The position numbers were made by a program, and so were the translations under genes. The notes under the pieces are model-generated. The model worked only from the letters and a program-made list of their open reading frames with translations. It was not told the origin of the DNA and ran no database searches. A stretch of DNA of 64,000 nt from Stegostoma tigrinum (Eukaryota). Below, one piece after another: positions 1-13,020 of this stretch. Numbering within the stretch: position 1 is the first letter of the stretch; each line of letters opens with the position of its first letter. Where the stretch lies: assembly GCF_030684315.1 (NCBI RefSeq), contig NC_081382.1, forward strand, positions 9,611,267-9,675,266, in the 5' to 3' direction.

Positions 1-20
1 CTTAACACGTCAGTGCAGTT

Positions 21-623
21 ACATAGAACATAGAACATAGAACAGTACAGCACAGAACAGGCCCTTCAGCCCACAATGTTGTGCCGACCATTGATCCTCA
101 TGGATGCACCCTCAAATTTCTGTGACCATATACATGTCCAGCAGTCTCTTAAATGACCCCAATGACCTTGCTTCCACAACTGCTGCTGGCAACGCATTCC
201 ATGCTCTCACAACTCTCTGCGTAAAGAACCTGCCTCTGACATCCCCTCTATACTTTCCACCAACCAGCTTAAAACTATGACCCCTCGTGCTAGCCATTTC
301 TGCCCTGGGAAATAGTCTCTGGCTATCGACTCTATCTATGCCTCTCATTATCTTGTATACCTCAATTAGGTCCCCTCTCCTCCTCCTTTTCTCCAATGAA
401 AAGAGACCGAGCTCAGTCAACCTCTCTTCATAAGATAAGCCCTCCAGTCCAGGCAGCATCCTGGTAAACCTCCTCTGAACCCTCTCCAAAGCATCCACAT
501 CTTTCCTATAATAGGGCGCCCAGAACTGGACGCAGTATTCCAAGTGCGGTCTAACCAAAGTTTTATAGAGCTGCAACAAGATCTCACGACTCTTAAACTC
601 AATCCCCCTGTTAATGAAAGCCA
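21..623 (-). mobile_element. CR1 LINE, 5'-truncated 3' end (ORF2 C-terminus, 3' UTR, (ATAGAAC)n tail on + strand)
   Basis: ORF 112..678 contains LYKTLVRPHLEYCVQFWAP, LERVQRRFTRMLPG, RRGDLIEVYKI and FFTQRVVRAWNALP, typical of the CR1 ORF2 C-terminus. Tandem ACATAGA tail at 21-45. Confidence 0.95.
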
Positions 624-1339
624 GTTCTGAGACAAAAACCAATTTAAAATTATCAATGGAGCTTACAGTGTGATTCATTTATGCATGTTGGAAGCCACAT
701 ATAATTACACACAGGACACATGCTCTGTCAAGACAAGAGGTATTTGAGGATGCATTTTTTTTCATTGAGAAAAGGATTATGGGGACTGCAACACTCTGCT
801 GCATTTCCCTGTCCAGACCAATTATGATCTATGGTTCTGGTCTGAATTTGAACAGCTAACCAAAAGTGATAATTAAGGATTTCTACTATATCTCCATGCC
901 AACCATGATTCAACCAACCAGGACCCTTTTCTCAAGCTGTGTATGTTGGTATCTCCTTTCTACATTTGGTTTCTTGCACTTCAGTCCTGATGAATACTAA
1001 ATGCGGAACTTTGATTTTATATTTCTGTTTAATAATGTTTGAGTTGTAAAAAAGTTATCCAGGAATTCTGACTGGCATTTGGCTGTTGACTGACAACACC
1101 GTACAACAAATTATATGATCATTGAACTTATGGCTGGCTGTGTTTTGTTAATGTACACAAACCAATGATCTGTTATCGATTGGCAGCTCTGACAGTACCA
1201 CACTTCAAATAGTACTTAAGTGATGGTAAAGGGCTTTGAAACAGCACATGATTCTGAAATCTTTTCTGTACACAAAAGTTGTTTAGTATTGAATTGATAT
1301 TCATAGTGAAATGTGTAAGCTGAAGATCCTTTCTAATTA

Positions 1340-1555
1340 GCGAGTTTTGAGAAGATTTGTAGCTCAGGTTGAGGTTCTGGATGTGAGTTTGTTCGCTGAG
1401 CTGGAAGGTTAGTTTTCAGACGTTTCGTCACCATTCTAGGTAACATCATCAGTGAGCCTCCGATGAAGCTCAGTCTATTTTACAGTGCTAGAAGCTAGAA
1501 TGGTGACGAAACGTCTGAAAACTAACCTTCCAGCTCAGCGAGCAAACTCACATCC
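1340..1555. mobile_element. Palindromic mini-insertion made of Penelope-like element termini
   Basis: Inverted arms 1379-1439 and 1495-1555 (60/61 match). Flanking direct repeat ATCCTTTCTAATTA at 1326-1339 and 1556-1569. Confidence 0.88.
1416..1455 (-). ncRNA. Minimal type I hammerhead ribozyme motif (PLE-associated)
   Basis: Minus strand reads UCA-CUGAUGA-U-GUUACC-UAGAAU-GGUGAC-GAA-ACGU-C-UGA: intact core, 6-bp stem II, palindromic ACGU stem III, 3-bp stem I. Confidence 0.8.
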
Positions 1556-1689
1556 ATCCTTTCTAATTATTAAACCAATTTGTTTCCCAATAGCCACATC
1601 ATAGTACAGAGCTCAAATCTTGCTGAGAGAAGAGATGCACTTAATCAGTCCATGCTTGCAAACAAGAAAAAAGACAAAATAATTTCTGT

Positions 1690-1860
1690 TAGATATGATT
1701 CTGTGATTGGGCAGCACTTCCTGAGTATGCAAATAACTTGGCTTCCTGAGTGTGCACTAATGTCCAATTTAGGAAAATCCTTAAAAATGGCTCATTTGTA
1801 CTTACTGGAAGCAAGACATTCTCATATGCGGAGACCTACTGTCTTAAAACGAAAGGATGT
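1690..1860 (+). mobile_element. Degraded PLE GIY-YIG C-terminal fragment
   Basis: Translation DSVIGQHFL...PECA...AHLYLLEARH...PTVLKRK resembles the PLE endonuclease C-terminus (SAIGQHL...LLEA..I...P.L..QK). Confidence 0.55.
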
Positions 1861-1865
1861 GACGT

Positions 1866-2030
1866 GTCACAAAAACAGAAATTGCTGGAAAAGCTCAGCA
1901 GGTCTGGCAGCATCTGCAGAGAGAAATCAGAGTTAACAATTCAGGCCCAATGACTCTTCATCAGTTCTGAACTTTTCCAGCAACTTCTGTTTTTGTTTCT
2001 GATTTCTCTCATCATAAGTTACTTCATTTT
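1866..2030. mobile_element. Palindromic PLE-terminus fragment (second family) with decayed hammerhead
   Basis: Arms 1869-1898 and 1967-1996 are reverse complements. The minus strand at 1932-1967 has CTGATGA-A-GAGTCATTGGGCCT-GAA. The same terminus recurs at about 8920-9020. Confidence 0.7.
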
Positions 2031-2513
2031 TTATTCAGAAAATGTCTTGTATCTGTCCTGATATACCCAGGAGTTTGCCAGTCTATTATTTGCCATTTCT
2101 TTTACAATGGCAAGATTATGACCAATCAGAGCCAATTTAAGAACGAGCCAGCTTTATTTTCTCTCATAGGATAAATTATTCTAATCATTTGTCTTGTTGG
2201 GATTCTTGCAATTATACTATGATTGTAGGCAAACTGACTGGGAAGGGTTTGCAGCAGTGAGAATCACTGTAAAATAGACTGAGCAAGGGAGAAGATGAGT
2301 CCATCTTTCCTTAACAAAGTGATTGAATGAGTGGCTTAAGAAAAAGAGAGTGCACCATAGTTTCCTAAAGAACAGGAGAGAGGTGGAATCAATAGTATGA
2401 AATGAAGGAGAGGGTCAGTAGATTCATAAAGAGAAAAAGGGAACTGCATGAGAGGTGCATTGATGGTTAGAGATAAAACCTGGGAGCAAAGAAGCTCTTC
2501 AACTTGTTTCTAT

Positions 2514-2778
2514 ACATTCATTCATGGGATGAGGGTGTTTATTGCCCATCTCTAATTGACCAGAAAGCAGTTAAGAGTCACCTGCATGACTGTGGGTCTG
2601 GAGTCATGTATAAGGGTGGCAGTTTCCTTCCCTAAAGGTCATTCGTGAACCAGATGGTTTTTTCTAACAATCATTATTAGGTTCATGGTCACCATTTGAG
2701 TCTTTATTCCAGATTTTTATTGAATTCAAATTCTACCATCAGCTATGGCAGGATTCAAACCCAGGTCTCCGGAACATG
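2514..2778 (-). mobile_element. tRNA-derived SINE with LINE-derived tail (head truncated)
   Basis: Matches the copies at 9695, 18567, 34855, 44206 and 55528 (GCAGTTTCCTTCCCTAAAGG, GAACCAGATGG, B-box-like GGATTCAAACCC). Confidence 0.8.
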
Positions 2779-2780
2779 AG

Positions 2781-3417
2781 AGATAACAAGATGTAGAGCT
2801 AGATGAACACAGCAGGCCAAGCAACATCAGAGGAGCAGGAAAGCTGATGTTTCATTTCTGGACTCTTCTTCAGAAATGGGGGAGGGGAAGGGGATTCTGA
2901 AATAGATAAAGGGAGGGGAGAGACAATGATGGAAGACGGATAAAGGAATAGATGTGTGGAGAGGAGACAGACAGGTCAAGGAGGTGGGGATGGAGCCAGT
3001 CAAGGGAGGGTGGACAGGTCAAGGAGGCGGGAACGAGCTGAGCTGATTTTGGGGTGAGGTTGGGGGTGGGGCCATTTTGAAGCTTGCAAAGTCCACATTG
3101 TGAAGTCCATGTGGATATCACAAGCTTCAAGATCTCCCCACCTCCGAACTCATCCCAAAACTAGCCCAACTCATCCCCGTCTCCCCAACCTGTCCATCTC
3201 CTCTCTGCCTATCTGCTCCCCTATCCATCTTCCATCTGCCTCCCCCTCTGTCTCTATTTATTTTGGAATCCCCTTGCCCTCCTCCATTTCTGAAGAAGGG
3301 TACAGACCTGAAACATCAGCCTTCCTGCTCCTCTGATGCTGCTTGGCCTGCTGTGTTCATCCAGCTCCACACCTTGTTATCTCAGATTCTCCAGCATCGG
3401 CAGTTCCTACTATCTCT
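2781..3417. mobile_element. Two PLE 3' ends joined head-to-head (about 630 bp imperfect palindrome)
   Basis: 2781-3100 is in minus orientation and 3108-3417 in plus orientation of the terminus seen at 41283. Decayed hammerhead CTGAAGA-A-GGGT-ACAG-ACCT-GAA-ACAT-C at 3290-3319. Confidence 0.85.
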
Positions 3418-3419
3418 GG

Positions 3420-6400
3420 CAGATACATGTGACTTTGTTTTAGCCATTAATGAGATGCAGAGAGATCATTTGGGTAGTGGGATTAAGATGTAACCAGGCA
3501 AAACTGCCAGCTGAAGCCAACTGGATTTTAAATAGGCACTATAACTGGCTTAATCAATGGATAATGAGGCAAATGGAACTTATGAGTGTAGGGTATTCTG
3601 ATCGAAGCGGACATCCTCGCCAGTGCACTCAAGCTTAGGGAACACCACGTGAGTGAAGACAATTGCATAGCCTCACTCAGGACATATCCTGAACAGAGGG
3701 ACTATGGGTCAGCCCACAGCAAAACCCCAAACAAAGCTAAGTCTCTGCCAAACAGTTAAAATTTTCTTCAGGAACCAGGCCAGCAAGCCGCTGTGGTTGC
3801 TGCCCATATGCAGACTCCAGGCAGCAAAAGGGTCTTACTAAACCCGAACTGAGTAAAAGAATTCATAGGCTGGTATCCAGGAAAGTGCACACCCTGGGTA
3901 GTGCACCTATTTGGAACAGTGAAATCACTTTCCAACATCCAAGTCAGAACAAAACAAAATAAATGTCCAGTTAAACAACCAACAGTCCTACTGGAAGCTG
4001 ATACCAGTGCAAACATATCAGTGATTGCAGAAGCAGCCTTCAATAAGATTCACTCTGGACTCCGACCCTTAAGTTTGTGCAAGACCTTAGCTGTACTGAG
4101 AACATGTACCAGGGAACCTTTACAGATAAAAGTACAACTTTGGTTCCGGCCCCATATGAGAAGTACTTGGTTCAGTTACCACTGACTATAGTCAAAGGCT
4201 TGAGCTCCATCAAGCCATGATGGGGAAACATTGGTTGAGAAAGATTTACCTGGATTCAGTCAACATTTCTCAATTGGAAAATGGCTGCCTGAGTGAAGTC
4301 CAAATTGAATACCCAAACGTTTTTCAGGAAAGCCTAGGGGCATCAAAGCAGCCAAGGCCATCTTGCATGTTGACCAAGAAACAATTCCATGATTCTGAAA
4401 GGCCTGCCTAGTGCCATTTGCTCTAGGGGCAAAAGTAGAGGGAGAAATCAGAAGGCTGGAAAGCAAAAGAGCCAGCAAACCAGTCCAGTTTGTGGAATGA
4501 GCAGCACTGATCGTACCAATTGTGAAACCCGAGGGGTCGGTTCACTTAGGTTGTGGTTTTAAACAAATGGTAAACAGCTTTCCACAGCTGGATAAATACC
4601 CAATCCCTCACAAAGATGATTTATATGCAAAGCTGGCAGTGGAGCTGTCCTTCACGAAACTGGACACGAACCATGCAAACTTCCAATTATGGTTAGACGA
4701 CGATTCCCAGAAGTATGCTACAACTAATATCCACAAGGGTTTGTACCAATATATGAGACTGCCATTTGGAGTGTGCGAGTGCAATAAAAAGAAGATGGAG
4801 AACATTTGACAAGACATACTCCAGGTCAACATTTATCCAGATGATGTGTTAATAACAGGGAAGAAAAACAAGGATCATTTAGCGGTCTTGGACATAGTCC
4901 TTTGAGTTTTCTCCCAAATGGAAGTCCGCCTCTGAGGTGAAAAATGTGTGACCCAAGCACCATGGGTCTACTTGCACTACAGCATTGACAAGACCAGGTT
5001 ACACATGTTGGAAGATAAAGTGAGGGTGAGCAAACTTGCCCTGGCTCCCACATTTGTATTGGAGCTTAGATCTTTCCTTGGGCTGGTGAATTCTTACAGA
5101 AAGTTCATACATAACCTGGCCTCCATCCTGGCACCCTTCCATCAACTCTTGAAAAAAGATCAGCCTTGGAAGTGGTCACGTAGCTAAGACATAGCTTTCA
5201 GGAAAGTGAAGAAACAGCTATCATCCTCTAGGGTATTGGCACACTATGATGACAAGTGAGATCTGGTATTGACACGCGATGCCTCCTCATATGATATCGT
5301 GGTAGTATTAGCTCATGGGTGGTTCAATGGAGAGGATCGTTCAATAGGGACTATGGTTAATGCAGAGTGCTCCGAGATAGAGAAGGAAGGCTTGGCAGAC
5401 ATGTTTGGAGTTAGGATTTTCCACCAACACCTTTATGGATGTAGATTTGTAATAATAACAGACAACAAACCCTGCTAGGTTAACATAAATACAAACAGGA
5501 ATTTCTTCCAAGACACCCTGGGTGCAAGAGATAAATACAAATATGCCCGTAGCTTCAGGCTAAATTCAGCGGTGGGCTCTAATATTATCCGGGAGGCCAA
5601 GTAGCAAATGCAGATGCATTGAGCTGCCTCCCGCTGGTAGATACACCCCGAGTGGCAACGCCACTGGAAGAGACTGTAATGGTTTTAAATTTTCTGGACA
5701 CACTTCCAGTCACAGCCGACAAAATAGCGGAAGCAGAAAGATCCGGTCCTGGCAAAACTGAAACGGCTGGTGGCAATGGGGGAGACTGAGGGTACTTCAC
5801 AACCAGAACTGAAACCTGCAGCTGGAGTGACAAGATCACCGCAGAGGATGGCATATTATTATGGGGAGCAAGAGTGATTGTCCTGTGCAAAGGCCACTGA
5901 TAGTTACTGGCTTAACTCTACCACGGTCATTCAAAAGTTTCCAAAATGAAGATGCTAGCAAAGTGTTATGTCTAGTAGCCACTATTGGATGCAGACATAG
6001 ATGCATTGGTGGGGCAGGTCACAGAGTGCCAACAAGGATAGACATTACCAGCAGTGTCTACCCCCATTGGTGGAAAGGCTGGGAAAGCCTGGATTTAGTT
6101 ACATGTCAGCTATACAGATCCTTTCATGGGTTCAATGTTCTTAGTCATGACAGACATCCTCTCCAAGTGGCTGAATGCGCATAGAGTTCATTAGTCAAAC
6201 ATGGGGGCAGCAATAGAAAAGCTGCGCATATCTTATGCGACACACGGATTCCTGGAAGTCCACGACTCCAGCTCCATAGCATCGATCATCCAGTGGCCTG
6301 GCAGAAGGGGCAGTCCAAACTCTGAAGGCAGGAATAAAGAAATAACCTACAGCTTCACAAAATGCCAAACTGTCCCGGTTCCTATTTGCGACTGTTTTGG

Positions 6401-6898
6401 AACCTATGGGTTCTCTCTCTCTGTCAATTCGAATATACCTTGGAACTTGGGATGGACGCAGCAGACTTTGCCAACTCAATGCCTTTGCCACCTGTAGAAG
6501 AGAAGGAGTTTCTTCCAAGACACCCTGGGTGCAAGAGATAAGCTACTGTGTGTTACATGTCGCCAGTATCACAGGTAGACCAGGACAAACCTTATCCTGC
6601 ACTAAAACAACCTAGGAACAGCAACAAAAAAAAAGAACAAGCCTATATGCTTGGACTCAATGGGGGAGGGATGTAGTGATTATAACGAGGTCAGCCAGGT
6701 AGACCTCATAGAATATAAGATCCCTGAGTGGGGATATTAATCTGGTCCAATCAAGGAGCCCTGGCTGACAGATAAGAAGAAGAGTGTCAGACATATTCGC
6801 ACTCTGACAGCTGGCTCTGAGGGAGCTGGAGCAATGTCAAGGGCTCTCCACATGTATATAAAGGGTAACTTGGTGACCAGATATTTTGGTGTTTTCTC
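3420..6898 (+). mobile_element. Decayed Ty3/Gypsy LTR retrotransposon (gag-pol remnant, PPT, 3' LTR); 5' LTR not seen
   Basis: Protease-like LEADTSANISVI. RT motifs DKYPIP..DDLYAKL, FTKLD, TNIHKGLYQYMRLPFGV and YPDD. ELRSFLGLVN. RNase H motifs DASSY, EIEKEGLA and ITDNKP. Integrase remnant downstream. Many stops and frameshifts. Confidence 0.9.
6662..6898 (+). repeat. Polypurine tract (6662-6671) and 3' LTR of the Gypsy element
   Basis: GGGGGAGGGA is immediately followed by TGTAGTG at 6672. A related LTR piece lies at about 12575-12670. The right boundary is approximate. Confidence 0.75.
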
Positions 6899-6972
6899 AA
6901 AACCTAGTGGAAAACTCTTATTTAAAACCTGATATAGATAAGGTATTTAATTGGTCACCTTTATAACTCTAC

Positions 6973-7182
6973 AAAAATAATGCAGTGTGGAGCTGGAGGA
7001 ACACAGCAGACCAGGCAGCATCAGAGGAGCAGGAAAGCTGATGTTTCGGTTCAGGACTCTTCTTCAGAAATGAAGAGGGAGGGCCACGACTGGAAACGTC
7101 AGCTTTCCTGCTCCTCTGATGCTGCTTGGCCTGCAGCATTCCTCTGGCTCCACACTGTGTCATCTCTGACTCTTACAATCTC
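6973..7182. mobile_element. Palindromic PLE-terminus mini-insertion
   Basis: CAGTGTGGAGCTGGAGGAA...GGAAAGCTGATGTTTC is mirrored by GAAACGTCAGCTTTCC...GGCTCCACACTG. Direct repeat TAACTCTAC at 6964-6972 and 7183-7191. Confidence 0.85.
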
Positions 7183-8369
7183 TAACTCTACCCAAATGTG
7201 TTACGGTGTTTAGCCATGAGTCATAATGTTGTGAAACTAGAGCAATGATGCACTTCCCCAGTCTCAGTCGTGTCACTATCCATTTAATACATTCTTAGAC
7301 AGGACACAGAAATCTCTCACTAACATACCTGCAGATGATCATTGTTGTATTTATATCAGCTCATCTGATTTTAATCATCTAACACAAAACACATGTAGAA
7401 ATTAATATTCAGTAATGATGATCCAGGATAATCTTTGGAGTATCTGTATCAGGAAACACAATATAGCAATATCTAAATTGAGAATTTTCAGGAAATAGAA
7501 GTATAACAAAGAAACATAAAAGAAAAAATATCAGAACAATTATCAATGCTATGAATCTTCTTGCTAACTGGCCTCCACCTATCTTGGACAATATGCTGGT
7601 TGATAAACAACCTTTCTTGAATCTTTCAAGTGAGATTATTTGAAGAGTATCTCAATTCAATGCCGTAATGGGTCATATATCAGAATAGGATTGTGGATCT
7701 CTTTGATTCTGAGATGGTGCCAGATAGTAAATTTTCATTTAAACCCCATTGTCTTCGTGCTTCCAGTCCAAGGTTATGTTATCAATATTTGTCTTCCACT
7801 CTTACTTTCAATTTGTTTGGAGTTTAAGGACAGATTGTTTGTCCAAACAACCTCTTCAATCAAAGCATTGCATTCTCTTGCCTTTTCAATGTGGAGCTAA
7901 GTACTTTGCAGCAGGGAATCACCCGCTACACAAAAAAATTCCACTCCATTTTGTGAGCTGTTTTCTCTGAATTCACATATTTCTCTCCCTCCTTATAAAT
8001 TGACCAAGTCTGAATTACCCAGAAGGCCCCTGTGTGGGAAATAAATTCACTTTAATGGATAGGGGCTCAATCAAGTCTGCTATGCTTCTGCTCAGAGAAG
8101 TGTAATTTGTACTGAGCCATCTGTTGTATATTTTATACATCTCAGCACATTGAGAGTTGACATTAGTTTCAAAGTGTGGTACACAAGAGTTTTGAAATAT
8201 CTTTATGATCACAAAATGTTTATACTCAAAGCTCTACAACACCAAAGCAGTCAAGCTGCAGCTTGGATTTTTCCATTAAGGCAAAAGAGCAGAACCTCGT
8301 GGCTCTTAAACTGCCAGCACATTGCAATAACAGATAGAAGTAATGCCAGGACTATTAATTAAACAGTTA

Positions 8370-9520
8370 TAGATTGGGGATTGTTAATGTACAATTTAGA
8401 CCTAAGTATCCTTATACCAGTTACATAAAGCAAGCATGCAGGTGCAACAAACCCTTTGGTAGTTCTGTCCACTAAAATGAACTTCCAGTTGCCAGCTACT
8501 TCAATACACCTCTGTGTTCCTGAGCTAAGATCTCTGTCTCAGCCTTCTGCAGCGCTCCAATGAAGCTCAGTACAATTCGGAAGAACAGCACTCATGTTCC
8601 TCTTGGGAACACTGCTGCCTTCTGGGCTCAATTTCAAGCTCAACAATTTTAGGCCTTGAGGCACCTTGTCCCATGTCCTTACCCCAACCCACATGCACCA
8701 GGCCTTGACATTACTCGGGCTGCCACCATAAACACCCATTGTCAGTGACTAATGATCCATAGTAACAGTTATTCTTTGCCCCAGGCTAACCTTTACCCAT
8801 TCCTTTGTCTGTCCAACTGTTTTTCTCTGCCTTTGGGCCCTATCTCCACCTATCAAGTACCCACACTGCCTCTCCGCCTCCTCATTTTCTGCATAAATAC
8901 CAACAATTTCCTAGCCACCATCAGGAAGAAGGTGTCACTGGACCCCAAACATTAATTCTATTTTCTCTCCCCAGCTGCTGCCAGAGCTGCTGAGTTTCTC
9001 CAAAAATTTCTGTTTTTGTTTGTAGGCAAATGGTATGTTGGCTTTCATTGCAAAAGAGTTTTGATTGTAAGTGCAAGAAAAGCTAGCTTGAGTCATAAAG
9101 GCCTTAACAAGGCCATTCTTACTGTGTAGTGTGCAGTTCAAGTCTCCTTGCCTAAGAAAGGATATGCTTGCAGCAAACAATCTGCTGTAATTTTTTTACC
9201 AGACTGATTCCTGGCTAGGCAACATTGTCATCTGAGTTGGCATTTAGCTCCCTAATAAAGGACTAGAGCAATGGGTCAGTCTCAAAACGTAAGGTAGGCC
9301 TATTTCGGATTTCTTCACTGAGGAAGACTACCAAAGAATCCTGTGAAGATCAATTCAGTGAATATATTTCAGAAAAAAATCAGGATTCGTGACACAAAAG
9401 ACAACAAAGTGTTATTGGGAAAAGGTATGGCATTGAGATAAAAGATCAGCCATGATCATATTGAATGGCGCAAAAGCTTTGAAGGGTGAATGGCTTACAC
9501 TTGCTCCTATTTTTGAAGTT
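8370..9520 (+). mobile_element. Old CR1 3' fragment interrupted by a PLE 3' fragment (about 8455-9020)
   Basis: CR1-like AAGCAAGCATGCAGGTGCAACAA resumes as GGCAAATGGTATGTTGGCTTTCATTGC after an insert encoding ELPVASYFN (GIY-YIG C-terminus) and a PLE terminus. Confidence 0.65.
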
Positions 9521-9694
9521 GATGAAGCTTCCATTTCTGCACTTCCCCTGGCGCCAATTTCACAGGCACATACTTGGAGCAATAATCTTTCTGTCTCATT
9601 CAGATAATTTCTTTGCATTGAATAGACTCCTTCTAAAAGAAAGTAAATTACTTAACTGAGAAACTTGGGTTAGAGGCAACATCATTTAACTTTG

Positions 9695-9985
9695 TGGAGG
9701 TGATGGCCTAGTAGGATTATTGCTGGACTGTTAATCCAGGGACCCAGGTAATATTCTGTTTACCCAGGTTTGCATCCTGGCATGGCAGATGGTGGAATTT
9801 GAATTCAATAGGAAGCTGGAATTAGAAGTCGAATGAACAACCTGAAGCCATTTTTGATTGTTAGGAAAACTCATATGGTTTACAAATTTCTGTGTAAATG
9901 TGGCTGACTCTTCACTGTCCTCTGAGCAATTAGGGATGGCGATAACTGCCAGACAACAAATGCCCTCATCTCATGATTTTAAAAA
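9695..9985 (+). mobile_element. tRNA-derived SINE with LINE-derived tail
   Basis: A-box-like TGGCCTAGTAGG, B-box-like GGTTTGCATCC, and the body shared with other copies in the window. Confidence 0.75.
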
Positions 9986-12574
9986 AATCTTAAAGAAGGA
10001 TGACTTGTTGGACTGGACTAGGAAGAGAGTTCAGTAGAAAAGATGTTTGAGGAGCATTGGCAGACTCTTAAGAAAATTGTTTGTGACTTACAGCTGAAAT
10101 ATATCCCCGTGACAAAGAAAGATTCTTTGGAAAAGGATAAAGTAACCATTGGTCACAAGTTCAATCACAAGTGAAGGATAGAATGAAAGAATACTTATTG
10201 ACAGGCCAAGACGTTTTGGCACAGATTTGTGTCACCAAGGCGAATTGTCACTGCAATTGGGGTTCAACCACAAAATTGACTGGAGCCAAACTAAAAAAAA
10301 AACGAGTTGTAAGCAATGAACCATTCCGATTTAATTGCCAGAAACTTCTGACTGTGCTCTTTGTGTGTGGAGGGGTTCTGTCACCATTCCTCTTTGCTTG
10401 AATGGGTCAAAAACCTATTTATTTTACAGTGGTAGACCAACAGCTATTAGTGAGTCTTAACAAAAAGAAGCTGTTCCTTTAACCAGGTGTAGTATATATT
10501 GCAGGACAGTATCAGGTACAAGTTACATTAACTGGTTAAACACTGTCACCAAGACCATTGGAAGACGGTGATGCCACATCCATTATCATTGATATCTGGA
10601 GCCATTGTCCTGATTCCCCCACCCAAGGCTTTATTTTTTTAAAAATCAGATAAGGTGGAGCAGAATGCAGGTTTGCAGCCTGTAACATTAATCATTTCAG
10701 AACTGTCACCTTGTGCAACATTTCTCCCAAGTCTTTATTTTTCCCCATTGTTTTACCCTGATACATTACTATGATATCCTAAAAGTCTTTAAATACTCAA
10801 ATTCCGGGAGTCTGGAGGCTTCCTACTTCTCCTTTATGCACTTGGAATATTGGCACGACTTTGGCTTAAGGACTGTTGATTTTAATTCTAATCTTAGCCT
10901 CGCAATGTCTATCAATTGTCTCTCCACTGGAAGACCTTTCATCTCTTGAATGTTCTTCACCTAGGATGGGTGGTGTGCTGCCCATAATTTTGGCCTCACC
11001 CCTTACGAGCAGAGGGTCTTGACTCTGATTGCTATAGTAGGACCTGGACTGGTATTAGAGGCTACCCTTAACTTAATGTGCTAAATGGGCACGGCAGGTT
11101 CGCTCTTAACATGAGCCGAAAGTCTCTGGAAAAGGGGAAAGTGTGCAAAAAGGCATGGCAATGCAAAGTAGAGATAGTTTGAGTACCCAGATAGGTTTAG
11201 AGCAAAAAAATAGGCTGGATATGCAACCTGGCCATGTCTATGAGCTGAGTGAATGTTTCTGAGCACCAAGTTTCATTATTGCAGCATTATAATTTGTCAG
11301 TGCAGCCCAAGGTGCGGCACCAAAATGCAAAACCATCCTTGCCAGGAGGGGCCATGAAAACAAGTAGATGTCACATGTAAATATGTGTAGAAATGGTGAC
11401 GTGTAGAAATTGCATGTGCTAGAGTCCTTGGTGCCCGGTGTCCAACTTTGATGCCTTTTTGAGCAAGTGTTGAGTTGAACCCCCGCTCAAGAATCCACTT
11501 TTATTTCCATGCTCCTCATTTCCAATGACCAGGTTGTATGGCAGGTTTGGTAAGATTGCAGCCCCTAGTGAGTTAAGCTGTAACCAGACCACCTACCAAG
11601 AAATAATTAGCATCAACTGGGAACTCACCACAGTCTATTGAGAATCTGGCCACACAACTTGTGTAACGTGCACATGATATGGCACTGTGATCCTGGCATT
11701 GAGATTGATCTTGCTAAGCGTCTCACTCACTTATACCATCCATGTCACCATAGCCGATGCTGTTCAGCTTGTGATTTAGTAGCCAGCTCTGAAGCAATTC
11801 CATATAAAAGAGTACAGCATCGGAACAGGCCGTTCAGTATTGCAAGATTTATTTTTACCAGGATGTCTAACCTGTGTTTCATTTTTCCTATGGAATATTT
11901 GATAAAGTGCTTAGAGGTGATTATTTCTTCCACCATTGCTTCTGAATATGATTTTTTTTAAGCTTTAAAAATCTGAAGTGGTTCCAAGTTGGTGTAATTT
12001 CTTCACTTGACAGCTTTTAATTTTTTACATTTTCTTTAGTTTTCCTTGTCTTAACGCTCGTAAATTGTAAAATATAATAATGCTGCATTTTTTTCCTTTC
12101 TTTTACAACTTTTGATTATGTTCAGAAGTAACACTGTGTATCTGAACTTCTCACTTGGAGTTTCCTTGTGTTCTGTAATCAAAATGCTGGTTCTGGAGGC
12201 AAAATGGATGAGTTCCCGTTTTTCACTGTCTAATACTCAATGTCCATTTTTTTCATGATTTTCAGAATAAAGCCTTGTGCTGTCAGTCTTAATAAATTCT
12301 TGCTACTAGCTTCACTATTACAATTATGGACTTTTCATTCTTATCATGGCCTCGGATTCCTTTAGATGCATTAATTCTGATTCATGACATTCCCGATGCT
12401 ACAACTTTGGCAAAATGTTACTCTCTAGCCCTGGATTTTCCTATCATGGCTGTGCTTCATGGGTCTACTTTCTATGATGGTGGTATTAAACACCGTTGAC
12501 TAAGACTGATCACCAGGTATTATTTGTGAATAGCCCAATGCTGCCACCATTCCTCTTTCCTTCACCATGTACTA

Positions 12575-12670
12575 TAGTGAATATAGTTTTATGAGTCAGC
12601 TGGACCTCATGGAATTTGAGTTCCCTGATTGGGGCTGTTAATCTGGTCCAAACAGACGGGTAATATTTCA
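12575..12670 (+). repeat. Internally deleted solo LTR related to the Gypsy LTR at 6672
   Basis: GGACCTCATGGAATTTGAGTTCCCTGATTGGGGCTGTTAATCTGGTCCAA aligns to AGACCTCATAGAATATAAGATCCCTGAGTGGGGATATTAATCTGGTCCAA (about 6701-6750). Confidence 0.7.
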
Positions 12671-12699
12671 AAAATATGTTTAGCCATTCGCAACAGAGT

Positions 12700-13020
12700 C
12701 AAAATCGGGCTCTCTTTTTGGATGTAACATTAAATGAAATCCCCTCTGTCTGCCTCAGTGGTTTTCAAAATTCTCATGGCTCCATTTCCATCTCAAACAG
12801 GGAAGATTTCCTTGGTGTCCTGACCAATATCTGCACGTCAAAAAGCAGCACCACTAAATGGATGTTGCATTTATTATCAAATTGCTGTTTGTGGGATCTC
12901 ACTGTGCACAAACTGGCCACCAGCTTGGTACATGTCAACAGTGATAGACCTCAGAAAGTATTTCAATGTGTGTGGAATACTCTCCTATTGAACTCTGAAA
13001 GATACAATACAACTTCTTTT
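12700..13020 (+). mobile_element. Old Deu-domain SINE (SacSINE1/AmnSINE1-like)
   Basis: GGTGTCCTGACCAATAT...TTGCTGTTTGTGGGATCTCACTGTGCACAAACTGGC resembles the Deu core and L2-like tail. Confidence 0.65.

Noticed and set aside
960-1015. CTGATGA...GGAAC as another hammerhead
   Set aside because: The GAAA box and stem II are degraded; at most a very old PLE terminus.
1340-1555. Hairpins as miRNA precursors or DNA-transposon MITEs
   Set aside because: The arms are PLE terminus sequence, and TSD lengths vary (9-15 bp) rather than being fixed.
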